Shown here in pieces: positions 27,204 to 42,569 of a stretch of 64,000 nt of DNA. A model generated the notes under the pieces. The model did no database searches. It was not told the origin of the DNA and saw only the letters and a program-made list of their open reading frames with translations. This DNA is from the human T2T-CHM13v2.0 reference genome, Homo sapiens: the NCBI RefSeq assembly GCF_009914755.1, contig NC_060927.1; one strand, 5' to 3'. A program made the translations under genes and the position numbers. Numbering within the stretch: position 1 is the stretch's first letter; every line of letters starts with the position of its first letter.

Positions 27204-29832
27204 TTTGCTTTTTTAAAGGATTATTCTGGCTGGTATTTGAAGGAAAACTACAGGAATGCTGAGGTGGAGCAGGGAGATCAGTTAGGAGACAGTGACAAAA
27301 GCCCTGGAAAGAGATGATGGCTCAAATTCAGAGTCATATTGGTGGAGACGTAGAGAAATAGGCAGAGTCTAGGCGTACTCTGAAAATAGATAGCAAGACC
27401 AGATGGAGGGATAAGTGGGGAAAGAAGGGAATTAAGGGTGCCTTCAAATTTTCGCATGAGAGAAATTCCATGAAACATGGAATTGCAATTTATTGAGAGG
27501 TACGGCTGATGGACTAGGAGTTTGATTGTGAATATAGTTAGGGCTTATATGTATACAATTTGAAATGTTTCTTAGTTATGGAAGTGGAGGCAGTAAGTAG
27601 GCAGCTAGAAATAAGGATCTGTACTTCAGAGGAGAAATTTTAAATGTGTGTGTCATTTCTTGTAGACGGCACTGAAGTAATGAAACTAAATGAAATTACT
27701 TAAACCCAAGGCCTGAGCTTTGAGACATTTTGGTGTTCATAAATATGGAACATAAGGGGCAGCCAGCTGATGAGATTCAGAAGGAGCAGCCAAGGAAGGA
27801 AAATGAGAACCAAAGGTGACACTTTGGAGGCAAAAGGAAGAACATGTTTGAAGGAGAAGAGATGACTGAAAAACTGTATTAAATATTGCAGACAAAATAG
27901 ATAAGATGACATCTAAGAGTTGATATCTAAAACTGGCAACACGGAGATCACTGGAGGCTTGATAAAAGAAGTTTTGTGGAGAGCATAGGAAGAAAGGTTG
28001 AGGAGGCAGCAAACTTTTGAGGAGTTTGCCGTAAAAGAAAAGAGAAAATGGGTCAGTAACTGGGGAGGATTTTGAGATCAAGGGAGAGGTTTGTTGTAAG
28101 ATGAACAACTTTAATGAGAATATTTTAATGCTGATGAGAATGGTTCATGACAGAGGGAGAGAGAAAGAGATTTCCTATATTGCAGTAGAGAAGATGAATA
28201 ATGAAAAAAAAAAAAAGGATTCCTTGAGGAATAAGAGGGAATGAAATCTAGAATAGAATGGAAGAAATGGAGGAGGTATCTTGGGTAAAGCACAAATATA
28301 TTTTCTATTGTAACAGGGGGAAGAAAGAGTATATACATACAGATGTGGGTAGACTGACTGACTTGTAGTAGCAAGAGAAAGTTCTATACTGCTTGCTTCT
28401 GTTACTCAATAAAATAATCAGCCAGAACATTGGCTGAGATTAGGGACATGGAAGGAAGTTGGAAATTTAAGGAAAAACAAAGAGTGAAGGGAATTTTAGG
28501 AGCATGAATGAGTAAATTGTATAAGAAAATATCGTAGGATTGATGGGCAGCTAATGGTCCCTAGGTTTGCATGAGACCAGTCAGTGGCCATTGTGGGATT
28601 TTTCTCTAGCTATATTAAGCCACTGAAATGCAGATGCAAAGTAGTCGAAGAATTAGACTCAGCTAAGAAGAGTTCTTTATTTCTAATCAGATGAGTATAA
28701 TGGAAGGAGATAGGAAAAAGGTAGTTGAAAATGTAATCAAAAGAACAATTAGACTCACCTATTATATTTCAGAAATAAAATAGATAATTTCAGCTTGCTG
28801 ACTGGGTGATTATTACTGGGAAGATAACTATTGTTATTAATATTTTTGTCTGTTGTTTAATGGTATTTTGCCTAGCATGTGTTAGGTGAGGGGAGGCGAC
28901 AGGAAGCCCTCTTTCTCACTTTTTAAAAAAATAGACAATTCACAATAATTCAATCATTTTAATGATGATTGTGGTTTAAGTTCTATGGATATTTGTTGAA
29001 TACTTAAATGTGCCAGATGTCATCCTAGGCAGTGGGAGTACAGACAGATACAATATCTAGTGAATGAAGTCAAATGAGTGTATAAACTATAGTGTGGTAA
29101 ACACAGTGGAGGAGGTATGTGCAGGGGCCTTCTGGTAGAAACTGATAGAAGGGATTTAGATATTCCTGAGGATGGAGAAGGCTTTCTGAGGGTAATGATT
29201 AGTGAGATGAATGTTATGAATAGGAGACAACCAAGTGGGGAATATTGGGATGGGGGAGTTAGAAAGGGCATTTCTAATTCAGGGAATGTCATAAACCAGG
29301 GCTGAAGGTTTGTAAGAATGGAGTCAGTTCAGGGAATTCAAGGTACAGTGGTTTGATGGCTGAAATGTGGAATACTGTAAGTTAGTGATGACATGTTAGG
29401 CTGAAGAACAAATGGGCCCCAGATAATGAAGGGCCTCCATATGTTATACAGAAAGGCTTGAATTACTGTAAGGACAGTGATCGGTCACTAAAGACACTTA
29501 AGCAGGGAAGTGACGTGGTCAGCCTATTTTGCATTTTAGAAGTGTCACTTTGTGCTGTGTGAAAACTACATTGAAGAGAATGGTAATACTTTAAGCAGAA
29601 GCCAAGTTCAGAAGTTCCTAAAACATTTTAGGTAGAACATGGGCTCACCCAGTGGATCTTTGAAATGGTTAGAAGGGAAGAAGCCAGCTCCACAGATGTT
29701 CAGTAGAAAAAGTCAACAGAACTTATGCATATAGTGGCAGATCTGGAGGAGTGGGCAGCCAACTCTGAGTTCCTAGCTCAGGCTGACTGGGCTAGAGGTC
29801 CATTCATCCAGGCAGAGAGTGTAAGAGTGGGC

Positions 29833-30285
29833 TCCACTTTGTTAATGCTCGTTGTGACACAGGCTTCCATGTATTTCCCAAATTTCTTTCCTTTTCTTCC
29901 TGTACATAGTTAAACTCTATTTTTCATTCTCTCCTGAGTTGGGTGGGGCCATATTACAGAATTTTGGTCAGTGGAATACTGTTGGAAGTGATATATGTCA
30001 CTTTCAACTCAATTAGGTATGATCTTCCATGCACGTTCTCTTTTCCATCAGTTCACTAGAGGCAATGGATTCAGCAGAACACTTTGAGCCTAAAGGATGG
30101 TAGAGCCACCGGAAAGAAGAAATCTTCCATTGATATAAATTACTGTATAGAGCAGAGACCCTGGACCCTGTTACTATCCCTAACCTGGACTGTGACATTA
30201 GTGTGAGGAAAACCTTTATAGTATTAAGAAATTGAAATTTTGGCACTGTTTGTTTTAGTAAGTAGCCTACCATGACTACTATGAC
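29833..30285 (+). mobile_element. MLT1J-like LTR
   Basis: gttgggtggggccatattac...ggaagtgatatatgtcacttt...gactgtgac...tgtttgtt...cctaccatgacta. Confidence 0.65.
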
Positions 30286-30599
30286 CAATAAACTTGGATT
30301 CACACAGTTAGAAAGTATGGTTCTGAAGATCATAAGACTGAGAATCAACAGCTTTATTTCTTTTCCACCCCCTACCTTCAGGTTACTTTTGAACCCCTGT
30401 TAGATATCATTTAATTACCTTTCTTGGTGGACTATACAACTTTTTATTTAGTTATTCAAGTCAAAATCCTGGTTCTAGTTCTCTACTTTTCTCTTGCCAT
30501 CCAAAAGGGAGTCCATGACTAATCCTGCTACTTCTGCCTCCTTCACCTCTTGTGTATCTGCTTTATTGCTTCTTTATTTCCAAGCTACCTCACTCATAA

Positions 30600-31560
30600 T
30601 TTTTTTTACAAGGAAGCTAAATTTCAGTTGGTCGAGGCAAAAAAGAGAGAAAGGGACTGAAGCTACCAAGAGAGAACATATCTTTTAGGAGCCTGGCTAT
30701 GAAGAAGAAAAGGGGCTATAACTGGAAGAGGACAGAAGGCTAAGGGAGTTTTATAAGTTGGAAGATACATACACATTGATTTGTTTGGGTAATATCAAAG
30801 ATGTAGGCTTAAAGAGAATAACTGCTGAAGTACAACTTCAAATTAGGTAAGAAATGGGATGGTGGAATAGGTCTTGAATTGGAGCCAAATAGCGGGAATG
30901 TGGTAGAGATGAGCTCAATTGCACAAAGTTTTAGGTATGGATAAGAAGATGAATGATTGAAGACTGATGCTTCAGTATATTCTTCTTTGAAGAACAAATC
31001 CAAACCATCTGATGTGAGTGAAAATTCAGAGTGGAGAGTGGGTCAGGATAGTTATTTATGGTGACATGGGAGAAAGAGGTGTTGGGGGGAGAAAAACATG
31101 AGCTGAAAAAGGGAGGAAATAATAAACATCTTTGTTGCTGATGCCAATATTTTTGTTTGCAATATTTTATCTTCCAGTTGCTCAGGAGCCTGGGTAAAAA
31201 GTTGGGCAAAGTAGAAAATTAGGTTTATCTAGAGGCAGAGATTATTATAAAGAGGATGCTGCTAGCATGAGACCAAAGGAAATTAGTGGGTACTGGTAAG
31301 AAATATACAAATTATCCACTATGTTTTTCATTTAAGTAGGAAATCAAGGGATGGTGAGAAGAGTTGATTGGCATAAAAACATAAAGGGGAGAATGAGGTA
31401 AAAGAGCAAGTGTAATGATACTAAGGGAGACAGTGCTGGGAGTAAGGAAGGTTGCAGTCAAGGAGCCCATATACTGACATGGATTTGGTGTGAGTTGCTG
31501 GAGTGGAAAGTGGCACTAGATGTCTGGAGTTCAAGCAGTTATGGAATTTAAAGGACAGGC
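30600..31560 (-). mobile_element. Degenerate L2 fragments
   Basis: Purine-rich sequence with gactgatgcttcagtatattct and other L2-like motifs. Confidence 0.4.
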
Positions 31561-31612
31561 TTGTCCTTGGCCTTGGCGACTATTTACTATTCCAGAAATT
31601 AAATTTATACTT

Positions 31613-31820
31613 AGAGTTTCTCAACAGCAGTACTATCAAAATTTTGGGTCAGATAATTATTTGGTGGGGGTGGGAGAACTATGTATACGGGATGTTTAGC
31701 AGCATCACTGGCCTCACTAGATGCCAGTAGCTCATCCCCCTCTGGTTGAGACAATAAATGTCTTCAGGTAGTGTCAAATGATTTCTAGGGGCAAAATTGT
31801 CCCCCAGTTGACAACTACTG
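31613..31820. mobile_element. MER20
   Basis: gtttctcaac...ggatgtttagcagcatc...ctagatgccagtag...ggggcaaaattgtcccccagttgacaactactg. Confidence 0.9.
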
Positions 31821-32749
31821 TCATAGACACCACTGACTTAGAATGAGGATGAGAGGGTCTCCATTTCTTGGGGCATTCAATAGGGTTCTTAGGCTCTAGA
31901 AGCAAACAAATATCAACTATAACATAAGAAAAAGTTACCCGCTTGTTTGAAAATGCAAGCTTCATTGGAGTAAGTATAATTTTAAAGTAAATTTTTATAG
32001 GAATTATTTCTGTGGAGATAACACTTATTAGGGTATATGTATTCAGGTATATTTGTCAAAATTATTTCTCTTTTCTGTACACTTCACTTACACACCTGTA
32101 TTTTCTGACAATCTCACCTACAGGAAGAGCAGAGTGGCTTCAATACTGGGATAATTACCAAGTTCAGCCTAGGACAGTGGTGGCTGAAGCCTGAAATAGT
32201 AATTGTAGTCTCATGAGGTTTGCCCACATGCCTGATGCTGGATGTCCCATGTCTTTTCTACCTTTGCAAAATCTTATTTTCTTGTCTTTGTGCTGACCAG
32301 TGGAAAGCAGATTACATTTGGACAAGGAAAGAAGCTAAAACTCTGTAGAGTTAATTAACTAACACTGACTTTGAAGCTGAGTCTAGAGAAGTAATCCTAC
32401 ACACCTTACTTCACGTGAACTGCCCTCTAATTGCCTTGCCTGTGCTTATGATTTCCTCATTTAATTGAAGCTTGAGTCAATTTTTTTCAGTGCTCCAGTT
32501 AAGAAATATTACTAGATGTAGCTGAAAGGGATCATCAGGTTAAACCATACAGAATAATTTCTGGGATAAAATTCCAGCAAAGCTGGGGGTAGCAACTTTC
32601 TCATACTTTCAAAATGGAAAACAGAAAGAACTGTTGATTGTCAAACTTGTTAGGTAAGCATATGAAAATTGCCTTTAATGGTGCCCTCACTAGGTTCTGT
32701 AGGAGGCAGCCTCAGCCTTGCCCCTCAGCAACATCTCCTGGTACCACCC

Positions 32750-33125
32750 TTTGATTTAGTCATGCCAAGGTCCTCATATATGTTAGAATACACTGTGCCT
32801 CTTTTCCTGTACCTTTTATCATGCTGTCATTATCTCTTCCCACAACTCCTGCACCTCTTATTTGCCTAGTAAATTTCAGTCTTTATTCAAAAAACTTCCT
32901 GTGCTTCCTGCTCACTGAAGCATCACGGTCTTCCTTTTGTATTTGCTTTCTTCTCTGGTTTCCCACAGCACCCAACTTGGTAACATATCAACTATCTTGA
33001 AATTATTATTTATCTGTCCATTTCTAATGCTGGATTGTGCACTCTGAAAATGGGCATCACATTTTGTTTCCCTTTGTATTTCTTTTTAACATTATACCAT
33101 CAACTGGTTGCGTTAATCAATAATT
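32750..33125 (+). mobile_element. L2 3' fragment
   Basis: tttatctgtcc...ggattgtgcactctgaaaatgggc...tttgtattt. Confidence 0.5.
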
Positions 33126-34109
33126 AACTATATTTTCCTAGATAGAGGACACTAAGGGGGCCCACCGGCAAAGAGTAGGCAAGAAGTTCTACGTGCATCT
33201 TGAATTTTCTCCCAGAGAAGAATAATGTGGCCATATACCTCTACTAACTCAACCATTATGTGATGCAATTACAATTTCCACACACACAACATCAAAGTAA
33301 ACTAGTTCTACCATGGACCCCATTCAGCAGGTTTGAGTCTGCCCTTTGGTCTCTGTCATTAACTTCAGCTATGCAATTGTTGCTGGAGAACACAGAAGCA
33401 GGCAGGAACAATGAGGCATGGACATACACCTACTTGTGGGGCAAGTTTAAGGAGACATTTTAATTTTCACTCTTTCTTTTTTTAAAACGTGATGCTATGA
33501 GAATTTTTATAAGAATCTAGATGGGTGAAAATGGCATGCCTCCCTTATGACCATACTTGCACGTGGATACACATGCACACAGCTTCATAAATACCCACCC
33601 AAAGTTCCCTTGATTCATTCTGGCAGCTGTTTTTCTTCTCCGGGCTTAGGAGTAATTCAGCCAGCTATGACAGAAAACTGCTGCTGATAAATGCAGCCCT
33701 GGGCTAGTGACCTTTACCAGGAATCATCTATCACCATGACATGAGCCAGCACATGTGGAAAAGTCTGCATATGAAAGTGTTGGGGAGAATGGAACAGAAC
33801 GGAGAGAAGAGAGACACCAATCAGGAACACAGTGAGGGCAGGATGTTTGCTCCATGGATTTGGAGGGTTACTGATTTCCTGGACCAGGTGACTCGGGAGA
33901 AAATAAAAAAGAGGTCAAAAGGACAACATACTATCCTCCCACTGCTTGCTCTATCACTGGCCAGTCCCAGTTACTAGCATACTTTTTAGCTTTTTGTTAC
34001 ACACATACTATGTGAATCATGTGCTACTCAGGCAAAAGGAGGATTTTTTTTTTTTTTTTTTTTTAGTTAGAAGCTAAATTGTTGAGAAAAAGCTCACCCC
34101 TTTGAATTA

Positions 34110-35473
34110 AGGGGTGGATTTAGGCTTTGCAGGGTTCGATGCTTATACAGTTTGTGTGTGTGTATGTGTGTATAGCTATGTCACAAAACATTTTAAATAC
34201 AAAATTAGGTATAAAATGAATATTTACCTCTAATGAGAAAAATTATATAAATGATAACTTTAGAATTGCAGAAAAGTACTACAAACACACAAAACCCATA
34301 AAAACATACATTTTATTAAAAACTTACCAATTCTTAACTAATTTTGTTGAATAACTGCCATTGTATTTATGTATATATATCAATATAGATATATATTTCA
34401 ATGTTTATATAAATCAATGAAATTATATAAAACTATTATATTCTGAAATTAATTCTGTAATAAATACAAATAAACATATCCAAGTTGCTGCCATATTATA
34501 TTGAGATCCATAATTATGTAATCAAATAACATGCTGATAAAGATGTGTAGAAAGTTTGTCATTGAAACCTTGTTTCTTCAGGTGGCTTTGCTGTGTAAGA
34601 TACCATTTTGTGTGCCTTTTATCCACGGTTACTAGACTTTGTCCCATGTATCAGGAATACTAAGGTCCAATTGTTACACTGGCATATATAAAATATGCAA
34701 CTAGACTCAGTGATGTGCTCACTCTTTATTGTACTGCTTCATGTTTATACCTGACAGACACAGGAATTTGGTTTGATACATTCTATTTAAATGAACATCA
34801 TTAATAAAGCATGCATTTATGATTGTTTGAGATACCTTATCAAGTATATTTCTGACAAGATACATTTCTCATTTTGACTTGGAATTGATTAGAATGAAAT
34901 CCTCTGCTTATAAATGTACATGTCCATTGACTGGAAAAACTTTCCACAGTCTAGCTTCTGACTCCACATATTTTAAACCTATTTAGACTCTATCACCCAC
35001 ATACTTCTGTGGCAATAGCTTTGAGACATGTTTATATTATACTTCCACCTCAAGCCCTGTGTCATGATGCCCAGTGAGCTAGCACAACAGGTGGTAAGAG
35101 TGTTCCTAGAAGTTATTCCACCTTCTTGAGCAATAACTTAACCACACATGAAAGGGACTATGAGCCACATAAATATGTCCCACTGAACCCAAATTATAAA
35201 TTATGATGTAAATTTATATTATGTATATATACTCAACCTCTTCCTTAGCGGATCTAAAAATGCACATGGCCACTCTAAAGTCACTTCACATGAATGCAGA
35301 GACAGCAGTTTTAACCTACTGTGATTTAAATTTCTCACTTTTGCAATTTTTTTTCAAAGTTTTGGGGTCTTGCAAACACATTGCTACAGCTCCTGCCAGG
35401 GCCTTGGAAGAAACCTTAGAAGTAAAGTTTTCTGAAATTTAAGTTTCATTATTATCATTGTAGACCCTTTTGG
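34110..35473. mobile_element. hAT-Tip100 Zaphod/MER115-like DNA transposon
   Basis: Start aggggtggatttaggctttgcagggttcgatgcttatacag, aatacaaaattaggta; end ccagggccttggaag...aagtttcatta. Matches recalled MER115/Zaphod termini. Confidence 0.65.
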
Positions 35474-35529
35474 CCTGAGCTAGAGTTCTATGGATTGTCT
35501 GACTTGCTGGTTATAGCTTTGGGAGAGAT

Positions 35530-35700
35530 TTCATTCATTCATTCATTCATTCATTCATTCATTCATCCATCTGTCCATCCATCCATTTGTTCAGGCATAA
35601 TTATTCTCTCATTTATTCATTTATTTGATTATCTTGCATTTATAAGCTATTATAGCTGAATATATGCTAGTGCCTGTGTGTCATGGAACAGACAGATGGA
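35530..35700 (-). repeat. (TTCA)n/(CATC)n microsatellite, probably an L2 tail
   Basis: About nine cattcatt-type units followed by an L2-like 3' end. Confidence 0.8.
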
Positions 35701-35729
35701 CAAAAACCTGTACAAAAGTTCAGAGAGTC

Positions 35730-36028
<299 letters not shown>

Positions 36029-36843
36029 ATTCCTGCGCTCATAGCTGATTTGTTCTATGGGGTTCAGGCACCTTGCATTTAATCATCTTCCCTTCCAGTG
36101 AATCCTGTTTGATCAGCCCATCTTCCTCCTCCAACCACCAAAACAATCAGAAGTTCTCATACATTGGGAAGACAGTAGAATTTTGATAGAAGGAAAAATA
36201 GAAACTTGTACTCATTTGAGGATCTCTAAGAACTTGAAATAAATGGTGCTTCCATCTACCACTCCAAGTCATGGGTATGTGAGACTTCCCACGAGGGACA
36301 TAATCCATTCTTGAAGGTTTATAATCTCACCACTGGAAGCTTTTCCTTTTCTCCTATAACCATGGGAAAATTACTTATCTTGATAACCCTCTTCTGTATG
36401 TATAAAATCTGGGTAGAATGAGGGAAAATGATAGAGCATTTGTGGTGTGCTTGGCAAGCAGGGAGGTGTGAATAAAGATAATTTCCTTTTCATTAAAACT
36501 TTGGATTTCAGGACAAAAGCATTCTGAAAGAAGATGAGAACAAGTCTTCTTCACAATGCTGTATCTTCATGCAACCTCACATTATTTCATTTATTTCTCA
36601 TAGCCCCTTGACTTTAATTGAGTGGGACTTCTATGTACAGTTGAGGAAACAGGAGAATGGATAAAAACCAACAAACATTGAGCATCTACCTGTAGTCAAG
36701 GTCCTGAAAGCTATATATTGAAATTCCCCATCTGGCTGGTTATCCAGCATGTGACAAATCTTTTAGTAAATCTGTTAATTTAAAATATCTTTCTGGAAAT
36801 TAAGAATTTTCTGAAGAAAAGGAAAGCTTAGACAAATTGGTAA

Positions 36844-37154
<311 letters not shown>

Positions 37155-38029
37155 AGTAAAATTATTTAGTCCATGGCCTTGCTCCTTGTACCAACCCAGG
37201 TACATGGGATTGTCTGTTTATCAGACATATAGAAAGAGCATACTGTTATTTCCCATTTTCTTCGTTGAATACCAAGTCACCTACAATGCTTCTATTAGGG
37301 CAGATTGTATAATATTTGGTCCATATTGTACCAAAGAGAGGGATATTAATTTTCATTTGGGTTGGATCTGAAAACTGCTATGCACACACTGAGTGACATC
37401 TCATTTTTCCTGATAATGATGTTGATATGTCTCTGGAATACCCATATGCTCAGCATTTGCTGTTTCAAACTTGTTCTTCATTAATTATGGCTATACATAA
37501 GCTGCCAAAAATTAAGTTCTATGGAGGATTTAAATTTGAACTCAGAAAGAGGGTGGAATTTATATGTAGATGAAGAAACAGATTAAAAGAGATGAAGTTT
37601 CCATAACCAAGAAGTAGCAGAGCTAGAAATGAACCATGTTGTTCTGATCTTGAAGTGTGTTTGGAGTTTCTATGACACCACACTGCTTCCCATCTCAGAG
37701 GAACTGATGGGTACAGAAAGTTTTTGTGGTTTCTGAATGAAGAAAAATCAGATAGAATTTTGCAAGTTGCTATTTCATATGCAAAAGGTTAATTTCAGCT
37801 GTTGCAGAGTTTAATCTGGGAATATAGAAAGGATTTGCTTTTAAAAATTTGTAAATATCACCATATCTACATTTTAAGCCTGAAATTATGAGCTTTTACT
37901 TTAGCTTGCCTAACATTTTGGGAAATAGATAAGAGAAAGGATTTAAGTGAAGGCCAAGAAACAAAGATAATAATACATTCCTTTTTAAGGGCCCTATACT
38001 TTCAGGCATCATTTTTATATACATTATTT

Positions 38030-38347
38030 CAATGTTTGGTAAATGCTTTTTTGTAAAGGGCTACATAGTAAATACTTCAGTCTTTCTGAGCCACATATAG
38101 TCTATTTTCCCTCCCTGTCTTCTTTCTTTTTTCCCTCCCTGTGCTCTTCCTCCTTCTTTGTCTTATTCCTCTTCTATTTCCTCTTTCTCTCTTCTTCTTC
38201 ATTTTCTCTCCTTTTCCCCACTTCCTCCTCCTCCTTCTCATTCCTTACAACCCTTTAAAAATATAAAAACCATTCTTAGCTCAGTATCTTTACAAAAACT
38301 GGCCACAGAGTGGATTTGCTGCACCGGTTATAGTTAGCTGACCCTTG
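38030..38347. mobile_element. MER58B with an internal CT-rich expansion
   Basis: tgtaaagggc...tagtaaata...acaaccctttaaaaatataaaaaccattcttagctc...gctgacccttg; TSD-like cattattt/ccttattt. Confidence 0.8.
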
Positions 38348-38659
38348 CCTTATTTCATCATTTTCTCGTAATCCCTTGACATTCTCAGTGTGGGATTTCT
38401 AGTTACAGTTGAGGAAACAGAAGAATGGATAAAAACCAATAAACGTTCAGTATCTACTTATTCAGTAGAGATAAACTCTGTATATGGTCCTTCTTCTTTC
38501 TGCAGAATAACCTTGAAAAGTAGGTATTATTTCCCCTTTAGAAGTGAAGAAATGGAGAGCGAGAGAAGTTAACATACTTCCCTACAGTTCCAGCCATTTC
38601 ATGAGTGTTCATTGCCCATGACATCTCTGAATCCAGCTCTAATTGCTGGACTTCTCAGT

Positions 38660-39260
38660 GGAAGTACTGAGAGCTGAAATAAGTGTAGGAGTTACTTAGG
38701 TGGAGAGCATTCCAGGCAGATGTAATATCAAGTGCAATCACTATGGCATAATGAAGCACAGAACATTTAAGAAATTGAGAGAAAGCCAGTGAGTTAGACC
38801 AGAAACAAAACAATGAAGATCTTGGTGCAAGGTGAAGTTGGAGAAGAATGTGGGGACCAGACCATAGAGGATAATATTAACGATGCTAAGCACTTATAGG
38901 TCTTTATCCTAAAAGCAATAGTTTAAGTAAGTGAGCAACATGAAAATATTTGTTTTTTGAAAAGTTATCTCTGGTTGTAGAGTATATAATAGATTAGAAA
39001 ATGCAAGTGGTCATGGCAAGATCAGTAAAGAGGTTATCTTACCAATATTTATGAGAGACAGTCAGAGCTTGGACTAGGTTAGTAGTCATGAGATGAAAGG
39101 AAGTAGATAAAATTGAGAGATATTTACTTGGAAGCAAAACTCACAGAATTTGATGGTGAATGAATTAGATGTGGGCACTGAAGGCAGAAAGGAATTAAGG
39201 ATGATTTAGTTTTCTGACTTGGACATTTGAGATGATGTTGGTGTTTATTGAGGAGGAAAA
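38660..39260 (-). mobile_element. L2
   Basis: gagcattccaggcaga...ggggaccagaccatag...tctttatcctaaaagcaat. Confidence 0.75.
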
Positions 39261-39499
39261 TATAATACCTGGGGAGATACATGGATACGTAAAAAGCTGC
39301 TATTAATGGGAACTGAATAATTAGGTTAGAGGTGAGGAAAGGAGACTTACATTTTTAAAACCACTTTCCCTTTTACAAGGTTGTACCACCGTTCTTTTCA
39401 CAGTACTCTGATGTAGATAAAAATATGTTGAAATATATTAAGCACTTAAAATGTTTAAGTTTGCCTCATTTTCTGCTCCTTCCCCTTCTTTCTCTTTTC

Positions 39500-39690
39500 C
39501 TTATAGTGGTTAAGAGCATGGCCTCTACTGAAAAAGTCTGAGTTTGGTTGGGTAACGTTGGGTCATTTAATTAATCTCCCTAAGTTTCAATGTTCTATCT
39601 AAAAAATGAAACCCACTCATAGGGTTGTTATAGAGGTTAAATAAGTTAATGCATGAAAACTGTTTATGCTCATGCTTGACAGATGATAGA
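39500..39690 (-). mobile_element. MIR
   Basis: tagtggttaagagcatgg...ctcatagggttgtta...aagttaatgcatg. Confidence 0.75.
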
Positions 39691-40225
39691 CAAATATCTC
39701 CACTTCCCTACTCCTCATCTTTCTTCTCCCCTTTTCTATCTTCCTCTTCCCCTTGTCTTCTCCCTTTCCTCTTTCTCTTCCTCCTCCTCCTCCTCTTCTT
39801 CATTGCATAAACAGTTATTCAGGTGCGGTTTTTGGTTTTATTTTTTCTCAAAACCAGAGAGCTTTGTATTCTCAGAAAATTAGTTTATACCTCAGTAATG
39901 TTTTTCCAAGGGATAAATTTTCTTCCTATTTTCTCCGACATAAGTGCATATGGTTCACATGTGCATAATGTAATATGGCTAAGTGTTTGCTCAAGGTAGA
40001 ACCCTCTTAAGGGCATATCTCTTAGGGCCTTGACATAGTGCTCTGGATAGGTTCATCTTGGATGTGCTTATCTCTCAAACATCCTTTTATTCGTGAACCA
40101 GTCATTCTTATCTTCTGCTGGATCTGAATTAGTTTATTAGTTCAAAAGATCTATAGCACACCTACTATTATCCTTATTTTTTAAGTTTACACAAACATGC
40201 ATAATATTAGTGTATTCCCAAATGA

Positions 40226-40525
<300 letters not shown>

Positions 40526-41432
40526 CATATCCCCAAATGATTGAGAATAGAGTTCCTTATCTTAAACAACATTGGTGGTGATGAGGTTAGTGGTATAGTG
40601 AACATGCGTGAAATGACAGGCTCAGAAAACCTTGAGTGAGAGACTGATTCCTGATAAACAGGATTGTTTGTGAAAGTTTCACCATAAACTTCCCAAGGGA
40701 AGACCACAAGATGCTGGCCAACCATACTCCTCTCAGGACAAGCCGTGTCTGATCTCCACTAGTAACACATGGAAACAGGAGGTCAAGCAGACGGGAATGT
40801 TCACACACAAAAAGAGCACTGGGGAAGTTGGCAAACTCATCTTTTCTCTCCTGCAGCTCTTGCTTCTGTCTTTAACACATTGATTGGATCAAGCTTGAGT
40901 CTCTTTGATCCTCCCGACACCCTGCTTACTATTGTTTATTTAGCTTATGATTCTTCTGCCTCTAAGGTAAATCTTTATACTCCATGAATCAATAGGCTAC
41001 AGGGGCCTTAATTAAAGCTGAAGAATAAAATTGGTACTGGAAACTAAATTCCTCCCATGTCTAGAAAAGCAGGAAATGTTATTACCCGTGGAGGCCTTTA
41101 TATTGCTTTCCATTGTCACTTCTGAAGTTCAGTGAAACATTAGGTATCCCATGGTAGATTTCTTGGACACAGATTAGATGCATAGATAGCCATGTGAAGA
41201 AAAATGGGGTCTTTTAACAAGTCTCCTGGATACTTAAGTGTCTCTCTAGAGGAATCAGCATCCAGTATACTGGTGGGTGTTAATATAAAGTCTGAATGCT
41301 TCTTGAACTGCAAAAGAAACCACAAATCAGGGTTTTAGGTCCTGTCTGAGGTACAGAAAGATAAAATTGCACAACATGTGGGAGCATAGTATGCAAAGAT
41401 TTTGATTTCACGAATTTAACTATCTGTAGAGG

Positions 41433-42090
41433 TTTTATTTTATTATTATACTTTAAGTTTTAGGGTACATGTGCACAATGTGCAGGTTTGTTACATATGT
41501 ATAAATGTGCCATGTTGGTGTGCTGCACCCATTAACTCGTCCTTCAGCATTAGGTATATCTCCTAATGCTATCCCTCCCCCCTCCCCCCACCCCACAACA
41601 GTCCCCGGTGTGTGATGTTCCCCTTCCTGTGTCCATGTGTTCTCATTGTTCAATTCCCACCTATGAGCGAGAACATGTGGTGTTTGGTTTTTTGTCCTTG
41701 CGATAGTTTGCTCAGAATGATGGTTTCCAGTTTCATCCATGTCCCTACAAAGGACATGAACTCATCATTTTTATGGCTGTATAGTATTCCATGGTGTATA
41801 TGGTGTATATGTGCCACATTTTCTTAATCCAGTCTATCGTTGTTGGACATTTAGGTTGGTTCCAAGTCTTTGCTATTGTGAATAGTGCCGCTATAAACAT
41901 ACGTGTGCATGTGTCTTTATAGCAGCATGATTTATAATCCTTTGGGTATATACCCAGTAATGGGACGGCTGGGTCAAATGGTATTTCTAGTTCTAGATCC
42001 CTGAGGAATCGCCACCCTGACTTCCACAATGATTGAACTAGTTTACAGTCCCACCAACAGTGTAAAAGTGTTCCTATTTCTCCACATCCT
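41433..42090 (-). mobile_element. 5'-truncated L1PA3/4-like element (about 660 bp)
   Basis: Canonical 3'UTR (ttatactttaagttttagggtacatgtgcac), C-tract at 41572-41594 (G-tract on the L1 strand), ORF2 end CGEIGTLLHCWWDCKLVQ. Confidence 0.95.
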
Positions 42091-42569
42091 TTGCATATGT
42101 CTTTTGAATGAGCCATTTATCCTCCGTGCTGGTGGTAGGACCTGTCCCCAGTCATGGTACTGAAAGGAAAGATGACCTTAGGGATCAGGATAAATATGAT
42201 CAGAATCACAGGACAGAAGGAGCTGTTTCTACTGAATTCTATTTAAACACACAAGAGCTGGGAGTAAAGCTCATATGTATGCTCACATACTCTGCATCCA
42301 ACTATTCTTTTCCTTCTATCTAGAAGAGATCTCATTTTTAAGACCTGGCCTGGTTCACAAAGATAAGAGTGGAGTTAAAGGTGAGATTCTACAGGCTCTC
42401 ATCACTTGTATCTTGATAAAATTGTTGTAGGTACATGCCATAGCAGGCCCTGAGCTTGCTATTACCTGAGATGACTTAATGCAAATCTAGTGGAAGTCGT
42501 CTTTGTGAACCAGGTTAAAGTTGGTATGCATGCCTGGGTCTGTTCAGCAGGATGAATGAATGCAGACCT

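Noticed and set aside
33620-33686. Possible pre-miRNA hairpin (gcagctgtttttct ... agaaaactgctgc)
   Set aside because: The stem is short and imperfect with a large poorly paired loop; expected by chance.
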